From positions 744,001 to 808,000 of the forward strand of contig QPGO01000010.1 of NCBI GenBank assembly GCA_008632985.1: a stretch of 64,000 bases of DNA, written 5' to 3'. Made by a program: the position numbers and the translations under genes. Positions 53,892-64,000 of the stretch are shown here, in pieces. The number at the start of each line of letters is the position of its first letter. Positions within the stretch are counted from its first letter, which is position 1. The notes beneath the pieces are model-generated. The model searched no databases and was not told the DNA's origin. It was given only the letters and a program-made list of their open reading frames with translations. This DNA is from Psammoneis japonica (lineage: Eukaryota).

Positions 53892-54755
53892 ATGTCTGAC
53901 TCTACTGGTAATTCGCCTACTCGCCGTCCAACAGATGGACCCGCAACTGTGTTTGAAAGCGATTCTCATGTAGCTACACTCATTGCAATTCGTAACGAGG
54001 AACAACACTCGACAAAAACCGATTCTCCATTTCTCCCGGATGAGTTTGGCTTGGTTGTTGTAGCGGGATGGCCACCATCACACAATACCATGGCTTGTTA
54101 CAAAGAGTTTCTAAACTTGATTCGCAAGTGCTTTGACAAAGAAGATCTTAGTGACGAGAATGATCAGAAAAAGTCAATCGCCGCATACTTGTATCCACCT
54201 CAGCACCTCCACGTTACGGTTGCGACTCTACATTCGATCGCACATGCAACATACGGCGACTCAGAAAGACGTGCATTATTGAAACGCCATTGGACGGACA
54301 TTGTTACAAAGGCCTCTTGTCGACCTGAATGGCCTACTCGACCATTGGAAATGACAATTGAATCTGCTCAGATTGGAAAACGCGCAGGTATCCTTTTGTG
54401 GCGAGATTTAACTGGTGGCTTGGATCAAATGCGTTTGTGCATTCGTCAGGAGACCGTGCAACGCCAGGCTGAATTGAAGGCAGCAGGCATTGATGTTGGG
54501 ACGCTATCGATTCCAAGCATTGCTCACAGTACCTTCTTACGCTTCAATCGAGTACCAGAAACAAAGGGAGAAACTGTACAGGAGCGTTTCAAGAAAATTG
54601 CATCACCCTGCTTACAGGATGTGTTTCCATCGCCGATTGCGATGCCAGATGCAAAGATGGTATGCGAGCGAAATCCATACATGCATATACCTAATGATGA
54701 CCGCCATGTGTTTCAAGTCTTTCCACTTCAGCAAGACGCGGACACTAGAGAGTAA
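53892..54755 (+). CDS. 2H phosphoesterase superfamily protein
   Basis: Two HxT motifs: YPPQHLHVTV and IAHSTFLRF. Confidence 0.7.
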   Translation: MSDSTGNSPTRRPTDGPATVFESDSHVATLIAIRNEEQHSTKTDSPFLPDEFGLVVVAGWPPSHNTMACYKEFLNLIRKCFDKEDLSDENDQKKSIAAYLYPPQHLHVTVATLHSIAHATYGDSERRALLKRHWTDIVTKASCRPEWPTRPLEMTIESAQIGKRAGILLWRDLTGGLDQMRLCIRQETVQRQAELKAAGIDVGTLSIPSIAHSTFLRFNRVPETKGETVQERFKKIASPCLQDVFPSPIAMPDAKMVCERNPYMHIPNDDRHVFQVFPLQQDADTRE

Positions 54756-55767
54756 ATACCTCTTGTTAGTGCTGAATCTGTGTAAGCAGTCTGTGTAATG
54801 ATGGAATTTCTGATTTGTGTTGAGGAATCTGTGTAAAAGAGTATTGTCTATTGAAGGGATTTCTGATTTATATTGAGACCAATATCCAACAGCAGGGCAA
54901 GAGAAACGGACCGTCAGCCTGGAAAAGAGATCAGTGGCGCCAGAATAATGTGTGGTGGACTCGGCACGACAACACGGAAGACGGTCATGTCGAATTGAAC
55001 TGAAATTTTGAGTGACGGCTTGCACGTTTGTTTGGTTTGCGCGTTGGTCCATTTGACGCTGTCGAAGAAGCGTCTAGCAGGCTCCGAATACTAAAATAGT
55101 GTGCCTAGACTTTCTTTGCCCTGCCCTTCACCTCTCTCCTTGATTTTCTCCTGTGTAATCATGATGTGCACCATGCAAGAATGTGAAAAAAAATGAAGAG
55201 CTCTTTTCACGGCAGATTGCCCGAGAGATTGCTGGCGATATTGGATATCATACGCAGAGCCTTCATCAAGCTGTCATTGCTTGTGTGGAATGCGGGTGGC
55301 AAGAAATGCCGCGCGGACAACAAGATGAGGGGCCGGATTCAAAATTTCAAATTCCTGATTCCCACATGGAAAAGTTAGATTGTTAATCTCTAGACACTTA
55401 GAAACTTTATTGTTCTGAGAAACGAAATGACGTAATATTCGAAACCTTAAGTCACGAAGAGTAAGAAAAAAAGCACTCTTCACTCTTGCACACAAACAAA
55501 AGCACACAATTTGCGCAAACCCGACCTCATTCGTCGTTCGTCACAACCATCATCGATCCCAGCTGTTCATTTGTATGGTGGGTGCCGGTAGTTGATACTG
55601 TAGTCGAGCAACACCAACACAGTCTGCAACGCAAGTGAGTCTCTGGACAAGTACCTTGACACTGAATTCGTACACGCGATTCTCGGATACGCGACTTGAA
55701 ACGCACTGATAGCGAAAGATACATCGCAAGATTCTTTTGGCGAGTGCTGATCTGAAGAAAACATCCA

Positions 55768-58700
55768 ATGTCTGTGACTGACGAAAACGCAACAAACAAC
55801 GGCGATGAAGCCCCTGTTCCAGCCCCTGACGACTCATCGCTGCTGACAGACACAAATGTGTCGCTGCTCACAGAAACGAGCAACGTGTCGACTCTCGAGT
55901 GGGCGGGCGGCGTAATTACCAATGCTGGAAAAATCCTACGTGGTAAGCTTCCGACGCCACCTTCTTCCGAGCCAGATCGGAGCGACGTGCCCCGAGTCGT
56001 TGACAGCAAGGAGTGGATTGTGGAGGGCGCTGCTTCGAACGAACTGACTCGAGAGAACGGTTCGACTAAAGCAATAGAAGGCGCTACTTCGAATGAATCG
56101 ACTCGAGAGACTGGTTCTGCAGAAGATTCTGCGACGCAAGACGAAGATGAAGACGTGATTGATTTTCTGAAAGATGAACCTCGAGAAATGACGTGGGGGA
56201 GACGGATTGCTTTGAAACTCATGTCAAAGCCATGGTATAATCCTTCACTCAAAGGAGAACGCAAAGAACTGGCATACGCTGCTTTGGAGAACGAAACCCA
56301 AACCAATGATTCAGCGGACGAGTCGAACACAACTTGCCGCCCAAACCATCTCTGGAGAAAGCTTGGGCGTATTTTGAACACGTTACCCTTCCACGTTATA
56401 TCGACGAGCGTGATCCTCTCAAGGAGAAAAAGAGTCTACCGAAGCGATGTGTGCGCAAGTTCTGCAAAGGAAACGATCTTACGTTGGATCGTGCCGAGCC
56501 TGGAGAGAAACATTTGCCCACCCGTCTGTATTCGGTTTTAACTACACCACTTTCCCAAATGGGAGACTTTGTGAGTTCAAGCATGTCTTCTTGCAGCCTT
56601 CATACGACTTGTCGCCCTCTCTCATTACTTACATTTGTTCTTTTCTGACGCAATCGCCGTTGCTCCTCGCACCTGTGCCACACAGGGCCTGGGAATCGGT
56701 CTATACTTTTCGTCATTACGAGCCGTTACCTTGCTGACGCTCATGGCAGGGGTCATAAGCATCCCCAATTTCATTTACTTTGCCGGAGACGAATACTCGG
56801 ATGGGCAGGAAGGCGTCGGCACGCTCATTTTGGGTTCTGCGATATGCACAAGACAAGTATGGGTCCCTTGCCCCGACTGCAACTCAGACGACTTTGAAGA
56901 CAGGAGAATTGGATACGCGCCTGGCGAAAACAACGAGACGCTAACGTTTGCGCTTCAAAACGATTGTGATGGGGCAACCTTGCAACAAGGGTTCATCAAC
57001 TACGGTACCATGATTTTCATGATTATTGGAATCTTTATCATGACTTTCTTTCAGAAACGGATGGAAGTCAAGTTTGACGAAGATGAGCAGAGCGCACAGG
57101 ATTATAGCGTCCTTATTGAGAACCCACCTCCGGATGCCCTCGATCCTGAAGAGTGGAGAGCCTTTTTCAAAGAAGTGTTCAACGCACAGTTGACCGCATG
57201 CACCGTGGCTGTCGACAACGATTTCCTTGTACGTTGCCTCGTGGAGCGACGGGAGTGTTACCGAAAGCTAGAAATCACTCTTCCTCCCGGGACGCCCCTC
57301 GACTCCTTTAAAAAGCTCGCTGGTATTGCTGCACAGCTTGAGCGCGATCGGAAACTCCATCAGCGGCTCTTGGCCATGATCGCACCGGGAGTTCCAGAAG
57401 TGGTGGCTCGCATTGCCGTTCTAACCGCCAAGGTCCAAGGCTTGGCTCAACTGGATTATCCTGCTACAAACGTTTTTCTAACGTTTGAAAGCGAAACAGA
57501 TCAGCGAAAGGTATTGTCGGCTCTCACAGTGGGAAGCCTCCGTGTCTCGCGACAAGATGCGCGTGCTCTAAAGGATCCCTCCTATTTGTTTCGCGGCGAA
57601 AAAGTTCTCAAAGTCAATGAACCGGACGAGCCCTCGGACGTGCGGTGGCAGGATCTTAACGTCAAGTTCAAGGAGCGGATCAAGCCGCTCATCACGACGA
57701 CTCTTGCAACAGTTGGTGCGATTGCCCTGGTCGCCTTCATTGTCAGTGTCTGCAACAACGTCAACTCTGCATGGGCCGCCATTGCCATTGCGGTAGGAAA
57801 TGCTGTCTTCCCTATGTTTGCAAAAATCTTGACGAATTTGGAGGCGCACACGTCAGAGGGAAGTAAGCAAACGTCACTCTACTTCAAAATTGCTTGTTCC
57901 GCTGGGTGAACACGGCGATTGTCATTACTGTTATTACGCCCTTTACTTCCACTCTGGAGAACCAAGGCGGAGTAATTGAAGGCATTTCCGCAATTTTCTT
58001 TGCCGAAATCGTCACCACCAACGTGATTCAATTGGCGGATCCAATGGGGCATGTCCAACGTCACTTTTTGGCGCCGCGGGCTCTAACTCAAGACATGGCA
58101 AACATCAATATGAAAGGAACCGTCTTTGAACTCGCTGAGCGCTATACGAATATGACCAAGTAAGTTTGATTGACTTTTGGAACGGTTGTTTGCTTTGTGA
58201 GTGACCTAACCTTTGCTCTATTCTTGTTAACAGGATATTGTTTTTGGCCATGTGGTATTGTGCCATTTACCCTGGTGCTTTTTTCATGTGTTCGTTTGCA
58301 CTCTTTATCAACTACTTTTCGGATCGTTTCTCGTTGATGCGAACCTGGGCGAGGACTCCTAAACTGGGCACGCGAATCGCCGAATTCAGCCGAAAGTATT
58401 TCTTCTCTACCGCTTTGATTGCCATGGCATTGGTGTCAGCGTACGCTTGGAGTGGCTTTCCTTACGACAACCTTTGCAGCAACGAAGATAAGGTAGACAG
58501 CGACTACTTAGCGGTCACTACCATTGTCGACGGAAATGGAAATGCCCAGAATATAACCGTGGAATCATCGGATCCAACTTATCGCTACTGCCTTCAAGAT
58601 TTGCTTCGAACCAAAGGACGCAGCTTTCCGGCGATTCCTAAGCACCAACCAGAAGGAGGAGAATGGATGACGGAGGACCAGGAAACCCTCACCTCGGCTT

Positions 58701-59116
58701 ACGGATGGACGAGTGTTGGTGTTATGGCTCTTATGCTTTCTGTTTTTGTTTATGGTTTTCTAGTTTCGGTTCGACGCATCTTCCGAAGCACTTACAGCCC
58801 GTCGGGCAAAGACATGGCGATCAACTTTTCAGATGTTGCCAGTGTCAACACCTATGTTCCACAAGTATTCAGTGGGCTCTTTGCCTACCCTTTGCTGGCC
58901 TGCAACATCGACGGAATTGATCCTGACTTGTTTGATTGGTGCAACCCTGATCGACCTCATTCATACTACGACATTACCAAGGATGCTGATGAGCTACTGA
59001 AAGGAATCGACGTCAAGGCCACCCACGTGTTCTCGCGATTGGCTCACTGGCCTCCGGATGACCAACGGGAGCAGAAGGCGAGCAGACGCACCTTGTTGTC
59101 ATCAAAAACGGATTGA
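55768..59116 (+). CDS. OSCA/TMEM63 (CSC1-like) channel, multi-exon, frameshifts at ~56335 and ~57895
   Basis: GLGIGLYF, DEQSAQDYSVLIENPP, VFLTFESE, EPDEPSDVRWQDL, LAERYT and YFSDRFSLMR; multiple TM helices; introns at ~56571-56684 and 58160-58233. Confidence 0.85.
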
Positions 59117-59339
59117 ATGAATCGCAATCGTCTTCGACCACCTCTTTGTAAGCTCTCGAGCGTAGTCCAATCTTTCATATCCGCGAGTCGTACTAGTCAC
59201 ACCACCAACACGAAAAGATGGTTGCTAGCAAATTCAAATGTCATTGGAATGCGCGCCTCACTCATGGTGCTCTCTCCAGCAGCAGTTTTCTATCTTAGCT
59301 AGTTCATTGTCGCTCCAGCGATAGCAAACTTCTCTTCCC

Positions 59340-59530
59340 CACTTACTGTAGTGTGCCTCGAGAAGTAAGTTGCTTGGAAAAGTTGATGGTTGTAAGGGAT
59401 TTGCCTTACCGCTACTACTCTTAGGGTGTAGGCCCTCTACTGTAGCTCTAGAGAGTAGACTCTAGAGCTACTTCTAGAGTAGAGAGTACTTGCTAGTCTC
59501 TACTCTAGAGTAGGTATGAATAGAGCTATT
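59340..59530. repeat. TpA-rich CTAG/GTAG/CTAC low-complexity tract
   Basis: ctctagagagtagactctagagctacttctagagtagagagtac... Confidence 0.8.
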
Positions 59531-59605
59531 CCCGGACTCGCCCTCCTCTGTCGCAACTCGCAACGGAGCGAGCGAACGCTCGCGCGCGACATGTGGGTTG
59601 GAATG

Positions 59606-59975
59606 TTGCAGTGGCCCTGGTGGGCCGTCGTCACTCAGATTTCACATCCCTTTGGACGATTTGGAGATTGCCCTCTCTGTCGCTCTCTCCACTTGCTCTG
59701 CAGCATGATCCTTTTGCTGTGGGCATGTCTGTGCTGCAGTCAGGTTGACTGTGGCACAAACCACAAGGAACCCTGGGCCCCCCTGCTTCTGCTGACTGGC
59801 AACTCAGAGTTTCAGGGGCGCCAGTCCCAGAAAACTCTGCTGGACGATGGCAGCAGCTCCAGAGTGAGCTGCAAGGGCTGGCGGTGGTCGTGTGGTGGGC
59901 TGGATTCAAAACTCTGCACTCTCTCACTTGACATTGCAGTGGGCCCTGGGGTGGGCTGTCGTCGCTCAGATTTCA
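59606..59975. repeat. ~330-bp tandem repeat; the second unit is interrupted by an LTR composite and resumes at 63681-63960
   Basis: TTGCAGT(G)GGCCCTGG...CTCAGATTTCA at 59606 and 59934; 59641-59930 aligns closely with 63681-63955. Confidence 0.9.
59971..59975 (+). other. 5-bp target-site duplication TTTCA (partner at 63681-63685)
   Basis: CTCAGA-TTTCA|TGACAG ... CTGTCA|TTTCA-CATGATCCC. The empty site CTCAGATTTCACATCCC is present at 59634-59650. Confidence 0.85.
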
Positions 59976-60540
59976 TGACAGGATTTAAACAAGATTGACC
60001 AACTCGATTAAATCCGACCCATCAACCTGAAAAATTGCGATACCCAGGAATCGAACCTAGGTCCTCTTATAACCGGTTACCGACTAAACCATTTACCGCT
60101 TTCTTCAAACTGACAGGCTTTTTGTACATAGTCACACATGTTTCAGCCAGAGAGTGACATGCACCTTTAATTCTTCTTAGAATTCTGTCACTCCCCATAT
60201 GTCACGAAGCTGTCTGACGTCACGAAGCTGTCTGACGTTCCTTTCTTTGGACAATGACACTTCTCACAGCTCCCCTTCTACCTGGGCCACATTTTTCTGC
60301 ACACGTCATGACCTCCCCGGCGAACTGACAATTGGGCGGCCATTCCGGCCTCGGCATCCCTAACAAGAGCACCATGTGCATCGTCGGTCTGTCTCACCGC
60401 AGCCTCTCCTCAGTTTTAGAGTCATCTTGAAGGAGCACACACACCCAGGTTCAAATCATCAACGGTCCTCGCACCATGACAAGATTTAAACAAGATTGAC
60501 CAACTCGATTAAATCCGACCCATCAACCTGAAAAATTGCG
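59976..60540 (-). mobile_element. TRIM-like non-autonomous LTR element: truncated 5' LTR (60477-60540), PBS, ~286-bp non-coding interior, PPT, 3' LTR (59976-60190)
   Basis: LTR bounded by TGACAG...CTGTCA; its first 64 nt are repeated at 60477 with one mismatch. On the minus strand, TGGTGCGAGGACCGT (PBS) follows the 5' LTR and GGGGAG (PPT) precedes the 3' LTR. Confidence 0.75.
60036..60099 (-). ncRNA. tRNA-derived (tRNA-Gly-like) 64-nt Pol III cassette inside the TRIM LTR; anticodon arm degenerate
   Basis: GCGGTAAATGGTTTAGTCGGTAACCGGTTATAAGAGGACCTAGGTTCGATTCCTGGGTATCGCA then ATTTTT: A-box-like TGGTTTAGTCGG, B-box GGTTCGATTCC in a paired T-arm, 6/7 acceptor-stem pairs, oligo-T terminator. Confidence 0.65.
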
Positions 60541-63500
60541 CGTGCTCAAGTTGAGATCAGCAACAAAGTGCTCGGGTTCCTGCACACCCTCTTCATCTCC
60601 AGCTGGCAAAGTGAGCCTCACCAGCAACACCAAAACTTTGCCGAGCGTCGACACCAGACCGCGAAGCGCATGGCGAACACTGTCATGGACCGTTTTGGTT
60701 CGCCCGCCCACACATGGCTGCTGGCGCTCATGTGCGTGTGCTTCACACTCAACCACACAGCGTCCCCACGTCTCCACTGGCGCACGCCCCTCGAGACTCT
60801 CACTGGATCCACCCCGGACATCAGCCCATTGCTTCGCTTTCACTGGTGGGAACCAGTGTGCTTCCACCTCGATGACTCTGATTGGCCGTCCGAATCCCGT
60901 GAGTTGCGTGGACGCTTCGTTGGCATTGCTGAGCACGTCGGCCACCAGATGACCTTCAAGATCCTATCTGACGAGACTCAGAAGATCCTCTGCCGGTCCA
61001 ACGTTCGCTCCGCTGCCCCCGATCCTGCCGTTCGAAACCTGCGTCTTGATCCTCCTGATGGGGAGCCACCCGAACCCATCATCAAATCTCGCCATGACGA
61101 CAACCCCATCGATTCTCCTGATGGGGAGATCAGGACACCCAAGATGCCAGTTTTTGATCCGCAAGACATCATTGGACGCACCTTCCTCATGCAGCCACAA
61201 GAGGACGGACAACGCCACAGAGCTCGCATCGTCAAGGCCATCGAAGACCACGAATGGAAAGTGAACGGCAATCCCGAGCTCACTAAGTTCGTCTGCTCTG
61301 TCAACAATGACGAATACGAGGAAGTCCTTGCCTGCAATGACATCATGAATCACATTGAGCAAGAAGACGAAGACACCACCATTTGGAAATTTCGATGCAT
61401 CGCATCACACGAAGGACCTCTGAAGCCTCACGACCCAACCTGGAAAGGCTCAAGCTGCAACATCATGCTTGAATGGGAAAGTGGGGAGATCACGTCCGAG
61501 CCTCTTGCCATCATCGCCAAGGACGACCCCGTCACCTGTGCCATCTGTGCACGAGAGAACGGACTCCTCGACACGGATGGCTGGAAGCGGTTCCGCACTA
61601 TCGCGAGGCGCCAAAAGAAGCTATTTCGCATGGCCAACCAAGCCAAGCTTCGCTCCTTCCGCACTGCACCTCGCTACAAGTACGGATACGAAGTTCCCCG
61701 GAACTACAAACACGCCATGTCACTGGACGAACGCAACGGCAACCGCAAGTGGGGAGACGCAACTAATCTCGAGATGGACCAACTCGACGAATACAAAGTC
61801 TTCCATGACTGCGGGCCCTTCAAGTCTTCCACTCCTCCTGCGGGACACAAGAAGATCCGAGTGCACCTGGTGTGCGACGTGAAACACGACGGTCGCCACA
61901 AGGCACGACTCGTAGCCGACGGGCACCTCACGGACGCACCTGTCGACAGTGTCCACTCCGGAGCAGTCTCCCTCCGTGGCCTTCGGCTGATGATTTTCCT
62001 GGCCGAACTCAACAAGCTGGAGACATGGGCCACCGACATTGGCAATGCCTGCCTTGAAGCCACCACCAAGGAGAAGCTTTACATTGTAGCTGGACCCGAA
62101 TTTGGCAAACTCGAAGGACACATCCTTGTCATCCACAAGGCACTGCATGGACTGCGCAGCTCCGGTCTCCGCTGGCACGAGCGCTTCGCCGACTGCCTGC
62201 GAGCTGAAGGCTTCTTCCCCTGCCGCGCCGAACCCGACATTTGGATGCGCAGGAACGGCGACCACTGTGAACACATTGCCGTTTATGTGGATGACCTCGC
62301 CATTGCCATGAAGGACCCTCAATCTTTCGTCGACACTCTCACGGAAAAGTGCAAGTTCAAGCTCAAGGGTGCGGGACCCATTGAGTTCCATCTGGGTTGC
62401 GACTTTTCCCGGGACCCCGACGGAACCTTGTGCCTGTCTCCGCGCAAGTACATCGAGCGCATGGTCGACAGTTACGCCCAACTGTTTGGGGAGAAACCTG
62501 CCACCAATGCCCTGTCACCTCTAGAGAAGGGTGACCACCCCGAACTGGACACTTCCAAACTGCTGGGACCCGATGGCATTCACAAGTTCCAGTCTCTTGT
62601 TGGTTCACTCCAATGGGCAGTGTCCCTTGGTCGAATTGACATTACCACGGCTGTCATGTCACTCTCTAGCTTCCGAGCTGCGCCCCGTCAAGGCCACTTG
62701 GATCGTGCCAAACGCGTCTGTGGGTGCCTCTCCAAGATGCGACACGGTGCTCTCCGCGTTCGCACGGAAGAGCCCGACCATTCGGATCTCCCTGCTCCGG
62801 CCTATGAATGGATGCATTCCGTGTGTGGTGAAGCAGAAGAGATGATCCCGAAGGACGCTCCACCGCCCCTTGGCAAGTTCGTCACTACCACCCGCTGCGT
62901 TGATGCAAACTTGTGCCATTGCATGCTCACCGGACGCTCTGTCATGGGAATGCTCCACTTCCTCAACAAATTCCCGGCTGATTGGTTCTCCAAGAAACAA
63001 GCCACCGTGGAGACTGCAACCTACGGATCTGAATTTGTTGCCGCAAGGAATTGTGTTGAGCAGATTGTCGACCTGCACATCACCCTGCGCTGCCTTGGCG
63101 TCCCGATCCGCAATGTTGGTTGCATGTTCGGTGACAACAAGTCGGTTGTAGACAGTGCCACCATCCCGCACTCCAAGTTACACAAGCGACACACCGCACT
63201 ATCGTTCCACCATGTGCGTGAGGCAATTGCCTCTGGTTGCCTTGAGCTCCACTTCATCGAAGGCTCCCGCAACCCTGCTGACATTCTCAGCAAGCATTGG
63301 GGTTACTCCCAAATCTGGGACCTTCTCCGCCCCCTCATGTTCTGGAACTTCATTCCATCCGAAGTCGAATCTGTTTCTGTGGCTCCTCAAGCAAACTGGG
63401 GAGTGACAGGATTTGAACAGGATTTGGATGCGCGCGAAGTGTCGCGCGCTGTTTAGTTTACCGCGCACAGTTTTGTGTGCTTTAGTTCCGCGCGTTCACG

Positions 63501-63680
63501 CGCGATGTAGTTTGCTTTCGAGCCACAAGGCTCACAAGAATAAACAACAGTAGCCCGATTGTACCGACTCACACGTCTCTCGGCTCCTGCAACGGTCTCT
63601 GAGCGGAGACTCATCTGCTGTTTAGACAGCAGTAAGGAGTTGTTGTTTGAATTCTTGCCATTTGCCTTCATTTTCTGTCA
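60541..63680 (+). mobile_element. Ty1/Copia (CoDi-like) 3' half: partial integrase, RT, RNase H, PPT and 3' LTR (63404-63680)
   Basis: SEP.QQHQNFAERR, DVKHDGRHKARLVADG, DIGNA.L, YVDDL, WFSKKQATVETATYGSEFVA, FGDNKSVV and NPADILSKHW; GGGGAG|TGACAG...CTGTCA. Confidence 0.95.
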
Positions 63681-64000
63681 TTTCACATGATCCCTTTGGA
63701 CGATTTGGAGATTGCCCTCTCTGTCCCTCTCTCCACTTGCTCTGTGGCACAATCCTTTTGCTGTGGGCATGTCTGTGCTGCAGTCAGGTTGGCTGTGGCA
63801 CAAACCACGAGGAACCCCCAACTCAGAGTTTTGGGGCACCAGCCAGTCCCTGAAAACTCTGCTGGAGAATGGCAGCAGCTCCAGAGAGAGCTGCAAGGGC
63901 TGGGGGTGGTCGTGTGGTGGGGCTTGATTCCAAACTCTGCACTCTCTCACCTGAATGTGAGCAGTGCCAGCAAGAAAAAAAGTTGACAGGGGTGGAGCAG

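Noticed and set aside
60036..60099. Functional tRNA gene
   Set aside because: Only 64 nt with no credible anticodon arm; kept as a tRNA-derived cassette.
59976..60190. 5' LTR of the Copia element
   Set aside because: Only the termini match the Copia 3' LTR; the interiors differ, and the PBS/PPT placement gives the opposite orientation.

Overview
Eukaryotic DNA, most likely from a diatom, judging by short GT-AG introns, a CoDi-type Copia, an Ambal-like LINE and a silaffin-like secreted protein. Ordinary host genes (SGF29-like, PAP2 phosphatase, F-box/CxxC, ankyrin-UBA, FG-GAP-like, patatin, Pro-rich wall protein, Nup133, NTH1, mitochondrial carrier, 2H phosphoesterase, OSCA/TMEM63) alternate with sharply bounded repeat blocks. 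The main signal is that repeat DNA has lost its TpA dinucleotides, apparently by TA->TG and TA->CA changes (A:T->G:C on both strands). Conserved Tyr residues in the transposon proteins therefore read as Cys or His. Younger elements have lost TA but keep CpG; older blocks lack both. This looks like a repeat-targeted mutagenic system running opposite to fungal RIP, although a base-calling artefact is not excluded. The second signal is a TRIM-like mini-retrotransposon whose LTR carries a tRNA-derived Pol III cassette. It is fused head-to-head to a Copia 3' half inside one 5-bp target-site duplication. Many host genes contain single-base frameshifts, probably assembly indel errors. All alignments and counts were done by eye.
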